Shown: piece after piece, positions 22,325 to 32,832 of the stretch
How positions within the stretch are numbered: the stretch's first letter is position 1
Layout of the letters: every line of letters begins with the position of its first letter
Assembly: GCA_000708835.1 (NCBI GenBank)
Contig: DF237153.1
Span: 1 to 64,000 of the forward strand
DNA: 64,000 bases
Direction of reading: 5' to 3'
Source: Klebsormidium nitens
Taxonomy: Eukaryota > Plantae > Klebsormidiophyceae
Position numbers and translations under genes: made by a program
The notes under the pieces: model-generated
Databases searched by the model: none
What the model saw: the letters and a program-made list of their open reading frames with translations, nothing else
What the model was told of the DNA's origin: nothing

Positions 22325-23461
22325 GTGAATAATCACATTATCTGGCGAGATGGGCGTTTGGCGTGTCAGAAATTTTATCTGCATTATCTAGAAAACCTGA
22401 AGATGCAAGTGCCCAGCGGAAGCACGAAACGTGTAACCTCCGTAACCAACGGTGAACGGCTGCTGCGCCAGGTCTTTGATGATGGCGATCGCAACCAAAA
22501 CACGATTGCGCAATACGTGAAGCACGTGATGCGCTTGTTTGAGGGCTTGCACAAACAGAGCGACTTCGGCGATCTGGAATGGATCAAGAGTTCCGACACA
22601 ATCATCAAATATTTTCAAGAGACCTACCCGGTTAAGCTCAGTATGCAAAGCACTGGTATTAATCCGCTTTTAGTCGTGTGCAGGAAAGCATTCCCAAATG
22701 ATAAACGACTCTATGATGCGTACTACGAACGATTCACAGAGGTGCGTAGACTTATGGAAGAAGCACGGCCTCCGCCTCAGCAACTCACCGAGCGTGAAGC
22801 GGCCAATTGGAAGAATCTAGATCAGACTACTGAGCGCCGAGTAGAGCTCCAGCAATACGTGAACCGCAAGATTCTGCACAAACGACCAGAGGAGTTGACC
22901 ATCGAGGACAGGATCATTCTGATCCGCCACCTCATCTTATGCCTCTTCACGTACCAACCAGCACCACTTCGAAATGACTACTCAGAGTGCCCGATCGTCC
23001 GTAATAAGGACATCGGGACCGCTGAGGCGCGCGAGCTCATGTCATCCTCTCGGAATTACGTGGTCGAATTCGAGAAGGGCCAATTTCGTCTCGTTTTAAA
23101 AGACTTTAAAACAGTCAAACACCATGGCGTGACAAGCATCGATATGTCCACGCGGTCCAACAGTGTGATTGCTGAAAGCCTGCAGGTATTTCCACGCAAG
23201 TACCTGTTATCAAGGATGAGATCTCCCGATCAGCCAATGACAAGAAATTATATGACAAAGTTCTGCTCGACCGGTCTCTTCAAGGACGCAGCCGTCGGAA
23301 GTTGCCTTTTGCGGAAAATTTGCGTGTCGAACGCGATGAAAGATGCGCCAAGCTTGCGAGAGAGGGAGGAATTGGCACAGCAGATGCTCCACATGGCGTC
23401 TATTGCTCAAAGAGTCTACGAAAAAAAGTACAACCCGGACGGTTCAAAGATTCAATTTTGA
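22325..23461 (+). CDS. Tyrosine recombinase/integrase of the virophage/Polinton-like-virus type
   Basis: Uninterrupted ORF (likely ATG near 22403). Catalytic pattern PLRND (R), DFKTVKHHG (K), SCLLRK (xxxR, His replaced by Leu), MLHM (H), QRVYEK (Y). Confidence 0.85.
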   Translation: MNNHIIWRDGRLACQKFYLHYLENLKMQVPSGSTKRVTSVTNGERLLRQVFDDGDRNQNTIAQYVKHVMRLFEGLHKQSDFGDLEWIKSSDTIIKYFQETYPVKLSMQSTGINPLLVVCRKAFPNDKRLYDAYYERFTEVRRLMEEARPPPQQLTEREAANWKNLDQTTERRVELQQYVNRKILHKRPEELTIEDRIILIRHLILCLFTYQPAPLRNDYSECPIVRNKDIGTAEARELMSSSRNYVVEFEKGQFRLVLKDFKTVKHHGVTSIDMSTRSNSVIAESLQVFPRKYLLSRMRSPDQPMTRNYMTKFCSTGLFKDAAVGSCLLRKICVSNAMKDAPSLREREELAQQMLHMASIAQRVYEKKYNPDGSKIQF

Positions 23462-23508
23462 CGGATATGCACATTTCTCAACTCGCTCAACGCCTCTGCG
23501 GGATTCTT

Positions 23509-23943
23509 TCATGATACTTCGATGCTCGTGAATGCACCCAGAGGAAGAGTGGATGCTTTGATTCCACTCTCCATGTCCAAAGAGCTAGTTATCTGAGGCA
23601 CCTCAAATCCAGCATCGATCAAACGTCGCGCTGTGGATTTATGGAGCTTTTTCGTTCGGCCATTTATGAATCTGTAATAAGCCTTCCGTAACAAAATTTC
23701 GTCATGATGTCTGTAATAATATGCCCTCATATTTGCGTTGTGCTTTTCTGGGTGAATCTTGGCATATTCTCTGTGTTTTTGACACGCTCGACACGGACAT
23801 GGTACATGCGCTCGAGTCTCCTCAGAGGCATTCAAGTTGCCTGCATCCATTTGTTGGACCATTTTCGAGTCCTGTTGATTGATGAGATTATTGTTTTGTT
23901 CTCCAACCGCACCAAAAATGGAGGTGCGTTTGTTTGACGTCAA
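23509..23943 (-). CDS. Small basic protein with aromatic/basic helix (possible DNA-binding regulator)
   Basis: CPCRAC followed by KHREYAKIHPEKHNANMRAYYYRHHDEILLRKAYYRF. Convergent with the recombinase and divergent from the primase-helicase. Confidence 0.45.
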   Translation of the reverse strand: MTSNKRTSIFGAVGEQNNNLINQQDSKMVQQMDAGNLNASEETRAHVPCPCRACQKHREYAKIHPEKHNANMRAYYYRHHDEILLRKAYYRFINGRTKKLHKSTARRLIDAGFEVPQITSSLDMESGIKASTLPLGAFTSIEVS

Positions 23944-23967
23944 TTTTACCTTGCGCTACACAAGGAC

Positions 23968-26809
23968 ATGATGTCTGCAACAGGCCCAGAGCACGCTAGC
24001 ACCCCAGGACCTCAGACGCTCAAGCTCTTCAAGTGCTCTGGGCTCCAGGGCATCCGAGACGAGATTGAGAAACTAGCCGCTGCTGGCCTTTATGCAATCC
24101 CGATCCGACTCTATTGGAAAGATGGCAAAAAGCAAGCCGATTACCCGCGTCGATGGGCGCATATCAAGGATCCTGACTCATGGCGCCAATCTTCTGAGAG
24201 CCCATTGCAGCAAGTGCAGCCTGGTGCTAACGGAGTCGCAATTCTCACCGAGGTCTCCAATCTAATGGTAATTGATATTGATGTTGCGGGCGATGTCATT
24301 CTCTCTCGGGTATGGAGCTTTGGAACGAGTTAGTTGCCAAACACGGCCAACCAAATACCTTGACAGCAAGGTCCGGAAGGAATGGGCTCCACCTCTACTA
24401 CCGAGCAAATTCACCGGGATTGGTGCAAAAGAAGAACTTTGAGACCATCAAGGTTGATGGCAAGGTCTATGTTGTTGATGGACGTAGTATTGGTGGCCTG
24501 GTGTACGCCCAACCCGCAAGCTACATCAATGGCGAGGGCAAACTCGCAATGTATCAATGGCTGAACGGGCCTCCGAGCTTTGATGCGTGCAAGGAGATGG
24601 ATCCTTGGCTCGTCGAGATCATAAATAATCGCAACGGTCAGCGCACAACGACAAGCGAAGACAAAGACGGGCCACGGAACGAACCATTGGCAGCGTCCAT
24701 CGAAGCATCAGAATCGGAGAGTATCGAAGTCGAGCCCAATCGGCGGCCGGCCACAAGCTCTGAGTCTCCACACGGCAAAGAGCTCTTGCTGGCGGGACTT
24801 GCGGAGATGCTGAGGGAGGCAGGCGATTCGACGAGCACGTACGCGGGTACTTTGCCGCATGGTTTGTACGGAACGTACTACTGCTATCGCACGCACGGGC
24901 CTCGAAGGTGCCTCTTTGGCCACATGCACTCGGGAAGCAACAACTTTAATCTGCTCAAGAGGGGCCGGATCATCTACTATCGCTGTCATGGTGCCGAATG
25001 CAGCCACAAGCCGGCCTAAAAGCTTGGGGTCTTGGACGATCTCAAGGCCGCCTTGCAGGACGCAACGACCGAGCCTCCCGTGGATCCCCACGACGACATG
25101 CAAGTGATTACTCAGTACACGAGAGGGACTCGAGAGGTCCAGGATTTGCTTCTCAAGATCGTTGTTGAGCATGCGGCTCCAAAGGCGTACGCCAACCTAG
25201 GACGCCTCTTTGCGTACATGTACATGATCGAGGGCCGCATTCTGGCGACCACCAACGATGCAGAAAAGAGCCGCGAGTCGCACTTTTTTTTCTGGAATGG
25301 TTCTTCGTGGATCCAAGATACCTGCAATATGGTTACGAGCGTCTTCACAAGTCAGATGGGCTGTTTGCTGGCATGGTACGAGCGACAGCAGGAGAGATAT
25401 TTGGGCACTCTGTACTCGAAGCACCGAGACTTGCAGGGCTACGTGGTGGATGGCAATCTCAAGCATCTCGACATCGAAGAGGTCAACTCCACGGTGCTGA
25501 AGAGAATCAGGATGGCCACGGAAGCGTGCATAAAGGAACGAGACGAGAGCATGCCCAGCTTTGGCAAGATCAACGTGCAGGATATTGTTGACGTCCGAAA
25601 GTGTATGCACTCTGTGGTCAACAAGCTGCACGTCCCCGGATTGCTTGACATGTTCGATCAAGACCGTATGGTGGTGAATGCGCCAAACGGGTTGATCGAT
25701 CTTCAAACAGGGGCGCTTCTACCCCATCATCCTCAAGACCTCTGCAATAACATGACGTGTGGGTATATCCAAGGAGCTTCAACGCGGTCCACTGCGAGAT
25801 TCCGGAAGTTTCTCATGGCCCATGTTCTTCCACCAAATGCAATTGCGTGGTTGCAACTGTTGCTGGGGTACTGTCTCACAGGAGAGATTTCCGAGGAGCT
25901 CTTCATCATCGCAGTCGGTCTGGCGGGGGCCAATGGAAAGGGGGTGCTACAGAGAGCGCTTCGTAGAGCAATGGGGACGTACAATTGCGCTGGAAATAAG
26001 GCCATCTTCATCAAGCCAACGTTCAAAGCCAACGCATCAGCAGCTTCAACCCACCTTATGCAGATTCGGACAAAGCGTTTCGTTACCAACTGTGAAGCTG
26101 ACGGAAGCGAGGAGCTCCATGCGACATTTGTGAAGGAGGCGAGCGGTGGAGACGAGCTCGACGCACGCGAGCTCTTTTGTAAACCGCAGAGCTATGTGCC
26201 TCAATACAAGCTTTGTTTGTTCACAAACTACATGCCCCATTTTCCTGGCGACGATACCGCCCTCCTTCGCGGATTGTGCTCCTGAGCTTCGACTATGTTT
26301 TCAAGAGTCCGGACGAGCTCGACGAGAACAATAAATCGCACAAGCCAATTGATTTGAGCATCAAGCCCTACTTCGAGTCCGACGAAGGCGCGGCAGACCT
26401 ACTTGATTTTCTCGTTCAGGGCGCAGCAATGTATTATGCGAAGAAGAGGCTTGCACCCACCCAGAAAGTACTCTCGCCCGTCCCAGAGGCATTCAAAACA
26501 GCGGCAAAGGAGTTTGCAGATGAGAACGACAAACTCCAGGCGTTTATAGATGATTGTTGCATTACAGAGGGTCCTGATTTGAAAGTCGCCAAGGCTGATT
26601 TCGTCGAGGCCTTCAAAAACTTCCTATATGCAGGTGGGCACGACACAGGCTTGGCTAGAGATGGGCTGACACGAGCAATGCGCGTGAAAGGCTTCTTGCA
26701 AACGCCGCCGGACGGCAATAAGGGGATTATGATCCCGATGCGTGGCAATAGTAAAGTTCGGGGAAGAGGATACTTTGGAATCCGTTTGAAAACCGATGAT
26801 GACATTTAA
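23968..26809 (+). pseudogene. Bifunctional primase-polymerase (Prim-Pol) + Zn finger + D5-like SF3 helicase, disrupted
   Basis: N-terminal NGVAILT...VIDIDV, TARSGRNGLHLYY and VDGRSIGGLVYAQP. Zn finger CLFGHMH...YRCHGAEC. D5-N FFFWNGSSW and NAPNGLIDLQTG. Walker A GLAGANGKG, Walker B FVTNCEAD, motif C LFTNYMP. Lesions: frameshift near 24305, in-frame TAA at 25017-25019, frameshift near 26268. Confidence 0.9.
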
Positions 26810-26879
26810 GAGGAAGAAGAGAAAAGCGCCGAAGAATTGGCCGCTAACGAGAAGGATTAAGAGTCGAAGGGTTAGATAT

Positions 26880-27370
26880 TGATCAATCGAGCACGTGATA
26901 CAGATGATACACGAAATCGGCCATTTCAAGTGGGCAATGTATCAACGTTTTATTGTTACTTTTTCTTCTCTTTGTTCCGCATTTTGGTGCGGGTTCGGCC
27001 TTCAGGTATGCAGCATTGTGTAGGGAGTGGGGTTAAAGATTGCAATGGGTGTGCTGTTGTGTCGATGTGCCTTTTTTGAGGTGATACAGATGATACAAGA
27101 TACACACGTAAAGTGTATAAAGAATTTTTAGAGAATAAATACGTTTCACATATATAGGAGCACATGCAGCAAGAACGTGTATCAACCGTATCAATCGTAT
27201 CACACCAGAACAGCCCCATTGCAACACAATGCTCATGCAGAACACAAGAAAGTGCCCCTTTCTCGACCACAGTTAAGGCCGTTGCAATCACTTTTACCTC
27301 ATCAAAGAACACATTATGTACCGTTTGGAGCATGATCTAATACTTGAGTTTTTGTATCAATGTGTGTATC
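26880..27370. other. Putative replication origin: convergent GATAC/GTATC iterons around an AT-rich core
   Basis: GTGATACAGATGATACA at 26895 and 27081 (the latter extended by AGATAC). Inverted GTATCaaccGTATCaatcGTATC at about 27177-27203. Further GTATC at about 26939 and 27354-27368. About 70-bp AT-rich segment between the opposed clusters. Confidence 0.55.
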
Positions 27371-27485
27371 ATAAGGAATCCACACCATATGTGTAGAAAG
27401 CGTCCTTTCTGAGCTTCAAATGTTCACTCAGCTGCATGGATGTTCAAAATGGTGCGTAACAGAAAGAGATCAATTCAGAAGGACC

Positions 27486-30400
27486 TCAACATTGCCCTCT
27501 CTTTATCGAGTCTCTTAACGGATTGCTAGCCTCTCTCCAGTAGACAGCGTACTTTGAGCGCTCAAACAACGTGTCGAGGATTGTCGTGACTCTGCTCAGC
27601 AGCCGCTTAATGCTCGTAATCTGCTGGAGGCTCGCCGCACATCTTTTGAGCCCGGAATTGATCCTCTCTGAGGCCGTCGTGATCGTCTGGCGATGTTGCG
27701 AAAAGCTGTCAATGAACAGTGTCGGAGCGCACGTGTGCGTCGCGTAGCGCTTTGCGCCAGACGGCGCGCAGCTGACGGGCCCACTATGGAATCTGTCCAC
27801 AACAAAACAGACAAACTTGGCCATCGAGGGCACCCGGTTGAGAAACCACTCTTGGGCATTGCAAGCCGCGTCCTCCACGATCGTCAGCCCTCGAAGAGTC
27901 TTGAACGGGAAGCGCGTGATCAAGACGGTTCCCATGTCACAAACCGATTCGCCCCCTTTTAGCCAGTGAAACCCGAGGGGCGCCCGATCTTGACAGCACG
28001 CGATGAAAATCCCGGCGCGCCCTTTGGAGGATCGAGGGTTGGGGGCGCTGCAGTGTTGGGTGAGCCGCTCCTCCGAACCCCTCTTTCCCCGACCGGCTTC
28101 GTCTTCCCAATCGACGAACCGAGGCCGGCCGTACAGTAAGGGATGGAACGAGTAGGTCGAGACGGCGCCGGCCCGCTCCGCGTAAGTCGCTGACGGCGCT
28201 CGAAGGAAGCCGCCCTCTTTGTAGCACAAAGGCTCTCGAACTTCAAGCTCAAATAGAAGCGAGTTGGCAGCCCCCTTCAATGCCGCCCCGCGCTGCTCGG
28301 CATACTCCATTGCGGCCCCCTCCAGCTGACCCGCAAGCCTCAGCTTCTCGCCTTCGATCGCCCAGAGGTGCTCGGTCGCATCATGGAGGGCGGCCAGAGG
28401 CGACCGCGACAAGGGCCCTGGCCGGTTTGCGCTGGGCTCGAAGCAGAGGAGGTTCGTCGCGTAGATGTCGCGCACGATCGGCCGCAGCGCCGCCGGAAAG
28501 GTATACTGTCCGCCAACAACGGGATGGAGGCGCAGGACGGCCGCCAGCATAGGGCCGTCGTTGGAGAGAAAGGCCATCCCTCGCGCATCGAGAGGCCCCT
28601 CCAGCAACACGTGTCTCAGCAGCTTCAGAGTGACGATGCGCCCAAATACCCAGGAATACCTGGGGATGAGGAGGGCATGGAGCAGGGCTCCATACGGCTG
28701 GAAGTGCGTGGGGCACCAACCGGTCGGCCCCACCGGCCCCTCCTTGAGAAACCCTTGCATCCAGGGCCGCCTCGGGACCCCCCGGCAGACGGCACACGTG
28801 GCCGGGTCAACACAAGCCCCCGACTCGATCGCGAGGTCGACCAAAGCAGCAACGTTGGTCGGAAGCCCCTCCCGCATAGCGACGAACTCCTCCGGCTTTA
28901 AAGGCGCGTTGCTCCCTTGGGCCGGGGCCTTCCGAAAGTTGCACCAGCGAAGCGCCAGCGCCCGTATTGCCGGCCGTAGCTCCGAGAGGCCGTTCCGGTA
29001 CTTCCAAGGGCAGTCGATCCCCTCCAGCGGCACGTCAGAGGGACGCACCCCGCCCACGCTTAGCGGAGTGAAGCCCCCAGCAACCCTCGGCGCCTCGGGG
29101 TCCGGCTCACAATTGCTGTGCAAGGACGCCTCCATGCCAGAATCCCGCATCGCGCTTGAGTTGGCAAAAAATGTGCCGTCGAAAGTGATGACCTTGTCCC
29201 GCCTAAAAGCGTAGGTCGACAGCTCGGAGCTCGGCCCCTCCGTTCGCTCCGGCCTCAGGGGGGTGCCGGCCGCACGCGCCTCTGCCTCGGCCGCCTCCAC
29301 TTCGCTCGAGTAGAGATGGGAACAATCCAAGCGCGAGCAGACGTGCTGGATCCTCGAGCGTGCTGCGAGGTCGTTGAAGGCCTGCATGGCGGCGTCAAAG
29401 ACCCGGTCGTCCAGCCTGGAAACGTCCGGCCCCTCAAGGCTCCTTGTGGCCATGTCACCGGCCTCGAAGTTGAGGCTGTGGGCTGCTCCAAGGGCTGCGG
29501 CAAAATAATTGCGCAAGAGGAGCCCGTGCGAGATGAGGTTGGTGCCGGAGAAATTGAAGATGCCGTCCTCCTGCAAAAAGGAACAACATCACCGTGGATA
29601 TGCGTTTAGGAGAGCCTTCATTCTTTCCAAGACTTGAATACAGCAGACCATGTCTTTGAACGAAAAGTTTGCGTCCGCTTTGAGTATTGTCGGCCAGAAG
29701 GGCTTGCTCAATCTTCAAGATTTGGGTGCTTCAGCCTGTACCTGCAAAGATACTCAAGCTGCTATTGGAACAATGATGCACGACTTTCCTTTCTTGAGCA
29801 ACAATTCACCCGGCCCGCTTTATGTCGAGTCGGTCTTGCCTCAAGAATGTTGCGCATTATGCTGCAGTGCGTGGACTGATTTGCGATGGCCCATGGATCC
29901 CCATAAAGGGTTGGCAACATGTTTGAAATGTCTGGATCTTGGACTGCACAGCGCACTTGATTGTCTGACCACAACCGAGGCTCGAAAAAAGTACGAGATC
30001 AAAGACCTTGCTCCGCTTCAATGGACCTCTCATCCTTTGAAAACGGTTCAAATTCGTTACTATCGGGAGGTCGACGTACGTGTGCTTGCTATCCGGGAGC
30101 GAGGAGGTCCGGTGGGCTTTAGGGAGGCTCAAGAAGCTCGACAAAAAAAGATTATAATGCAACGGAGGAAAAGGCTCGTCAAGCATTACGAGGATCTTGC
30201 GAACCTAGGAAGGAGCTTCCAGACGCAAGCCATACTAGCTGGTCTCAATCTGCCAGAGTGCATTGACCTTCGAGCAAAGCTCGAGAGCCCCAAGGAAGAA
30301 TCCGAGCGCATCTTTCGGGAGGAAGCGATTCAGCAACTCTCATTCCTTCGTCGTATGGTGCCCTTGGAGTCTCCGAAGAAGTATTTGATGTTTTGGACCG

Positions 30401-32378
30401 AACCAGACTACTCGCCCACTATCAAAGGTAAGTGCAATATTGACTACCTCAAGGGAAATGCTCTTTTACCTTCGGAAGCAGCATACAAGCGATATAAGGA
30501 CTCTGTACTTCATCGATGTGCCATCAACCCGTGTGATGAAGGTGTTAGCTCTCACCTGGCCGTCGTAGGCTACTAAGCAGCAAGCCGCCTCTCGCCCTGG
30601 GGCAATGCGGCAGACCCTCCGATAGGTTGTCACCTCGTATCTCGCTCCGGCCGTTGTCAGCGCCCCCTTCCGGCTCTCCACTTGCCATGGTCGGCCGCAT
30701 GGCGAGAGCGCCTCGGCGGGGCGTGGGGCGCAGAAGTACTTTGCCTCGTCCCTCTTCCGTACACCCTCGTCTCCCCACCGCTCGCAAAGGCTCACAACAC
30801 TCGCTCCACCCTGGCTCATGACCGTGTTGACCTTCTTGTGGCTGTGCCCTATGTCAAGGGCCGCCGCCGAGAGACACTCCCAAGGCTCGAGCGTCCCCCG
30901 GTGCGTGCACACCACCTTTGAGTCGGGCCGACGGCAAACCGAATCGTTGCACACCAAGAGCCTCCTCGCCCCCGCTTCCCGTTGCGCGACTCTCTCGGCG
31001 CGTCTCTCAGCAAGACTTTGCGTCGCCTCGCTTTTGCAACCATCGATTGCGCGCTCTGTCGGTGGCAAAGTTTGCTTCGAGAGCACCCTTAGAAGGTGCC
31101 GGCAGCGTTCCAAACCCAAGCAGTCGATGCCGCTGCAGTGCGCAGTCTCCCCTCCAAGCACGCAGACCACGGGCTCCTCTCCAGGGTCGCTCACGACGAA
31201 GACCCGCAGCTGCGGCCCGCCCTTCCACGCCCCTGCGTCCAACCCAAACAGTGCACTCCCCACGCACCCCCCTTGTTCCAGCGGCAGCACCCAAGGCGCG
31301 CCGTTGGTCACCTCCCGCGCGAACGAACGGCTGTCGTCAAAGGCCGTGAAGATGGCTTCTCCATTCTGCCACCAGCCGCTCATGGAACGGGTCTCCTCCA
31401 GGAACGCCATATCATGATCACGGCACCCCCTCCGGCCGCAGAGGCACCGAAAGCTGCCCATGTGGTCGACCTTGACGAGCCGTGGGACGTTAGTGAGGCC
31501 CCGTTCCGTCGCGGAGACTTCCAGAAGGCGGCCACTAGAGGCGTCGAGCAGGGCACAAGAAAGAGGCCGGGAGCAACAGCAATCGGGGGGATCTTGCTCC
31601 GACGGAGTTCCGACAGGACCGCCAGCGTGCCGAGCTCCCGTGGACTTGGCCCCTCCTCGAGCGTTCTCTTGACACCCCGCCTCGAAAGGGCGGCCGCCTT
31701 GGACTCGCGGCAGTACGGACACGAGGCGAGGTCCCTCCTCTGGACGAAGAACTGGTAGCCGCCCTCGCTCGCCTCCTCCCCTGACCGTACCTCTCGAAGC
31801 TCCTTCGTACCAGGGAAGGCTTCGTACTTGGTGAAGAGCTCCTCCTGAGGAACAGGGCACCCGCTCGCGCTCGAGACAAAGGGGCGTCCAACTTCATACT
31901 CGGCATTCACGCACCGCAGGCACAGAAGGTGCCTTCCTCCGCCCCGGCAAATGAGTGCCCCGCCCCGATTTCGTTTCCTCTCCCAGATGAAAGGATTGCA
32001 CCCTCGAGCGTAGACGGCCCCCTTTCCGCCACAGGTGCGCCCAAGGCACGTCGAGCCGAAACCGCCCCGTGCAAAAGCTCCGGCAGGCCGCAGGCTGAAA
32101 GCGAGCCCGTAATCAAACGCAAAGTCGACGGCCCCTCGCTTGGCCGCATAGGAAGCGTGCCCTCCCCTCACGCCCCCAGCATTTGGCAGGGGCGGGACGG
32201 CAGCCGGGACGCTCTTGATGTCGCTGAAGAGCGGGGCCGGGCCCTCGAAGTGGACCGCTGCGCAGCTCCTGACGGTTTGACCGGCCTTCAGGAACTCGTG
32301 TAGACGCTCTGAGGCTGCTGGCGTGGTCGAGGCAAGTAGAATGCTGCTCGTAGCTTCTGATGGTTTTGCAAGGTCCAT
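27486..32378 (-). mobile_element. KDZ (Kyakuja-Dileera-Zisupton) superfamily transposase gene with Cys clusters and SWIM-like fingers
   Basis: Exons about 32378-30556 (one apparent frameshift near 31535) and 29570-27486. The phase-0 GT-AG intron 30555-29571 restores YDGQ|EDGIFNFS. Catalytic-type motifs TFDGT, GIFIACC...GGES, VEDAAC, VVDRFH and SERIN. SWIM-like CLCGRRGCRDH and CSGIDC...CRH. Confidence 0.85.
29650..30576 (+). CDS. Intronless protein with XPA/Rad14-like Zn finger and XPA-C-like helical domain, nested antisense in the transposase intron
   Basis: 308-aa ORF. CALC...CLKC followed by LTTTEARKKYEIKDL...RYYREVDVRVLA...GG...REAQEARQ resembles the XPA minimal DNA-binding region. N-terminal LQDLGASACTCK is weakly F-box-like. 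Confidence 0.65.
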   Translation: MSLNEKFASALSIVGQKGLLNLQDLGASACTCKDTQAAIGTMMHDFPFLSNNSPGPLYVESVLPQECCALCCSAWTDLRWPMDPHKGLATCLKCLDLGLHSALDCLTTTEARKKYEIKDLAPLQWTSHPLKTVQIRYYREVDVRVLAIRERGGPVGFREAQEARQKKIIMQRRKRLVKHYEDLANLGRSFQTQAILAGLNLPECIDLRAKLESPKEESERIFREEAIQQLSFLRRMVPLESPKKYLMFWTEPDYSPTIKGKCNIDYLKGNALLPSEAAYKRYKDSVLHRCAINPCDEGVSSHLAVVGY

Positions 32379-32574
32379 CCTGATTGACAGAGAAACGGGA
32401 GAATCTGACGGTTGAAACACCTGGCAGTTTTCGATCTCCCTAAGTCTAAACACACCCAATTTGATTGCACAGTTGTGAGTAGGATAGCTTCCTCAATCCC
32501 TAAGTATGTTTGACCCATTCAGAGCCTCTTGCAGAAGTCCTCTGCGGCTCCGGTGTCTAGGGTCACGAACAATC

Positions 32575-32760
32575 CGTTCCCACGGCGTGCTTGATGGACC
32601 CGGCATACCCACAAAGATGTACCAAAAAACGCCCAATAGATTCTTATATGTAATACGTCTTTTCTTGGTACAGGGTGATTTTTGTGCCCGACGGCTGGAT
32701 TTCCGTTTCAAGGGGCGAGTCCGGCCATGCCCTGCAACATGCACAAAAGAACGTTGCGCG
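32575..32760 (+). repeat. Isolated family-B palindromic repeat unit (about 1.3 units)
   Basis: CCGGCATACCCACAAAGATGTACCAAAAAACGCCCAATAGATTCTT...TTTCTTGGTACA...AGGGGCGAGTCCGGCCATGCCC. Confidence 0.9.
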
Positions 32761-32832
32761 ATGGATGTCTGCCAGCAGCGGTATCGCGCTTGAGGCGCTT
32801 GATCTAACTCGGAGTTCACAAGCTTAAGGCAA

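Larger units (their letters stand above)
20100..27400. mobile_element. Intronless integrase-primase/helicase-origin cassette (virus-satellite-like / capsid-less Polinton-like-virus-type element), partly decayed
   Basis: Densely packed intronless ORFs, visibly less GC-rich than the flanking exons. Contains a tyrosine recombinase, a Prim-Pol/D5 gene, HIRAN, small ORFs and an iteron cluster. Ends not defined; no TIR or TSD found by eye. Confidence 0.7.

Noticed and set aside
27596-32303. Numerous overlapping ORFs across the KDZ gene
   Set aside because: Arg/Pro/Ala-rich shadows of GC-rich exons with no motifs; only the 29650-30576 ORF has domain-like sequence.
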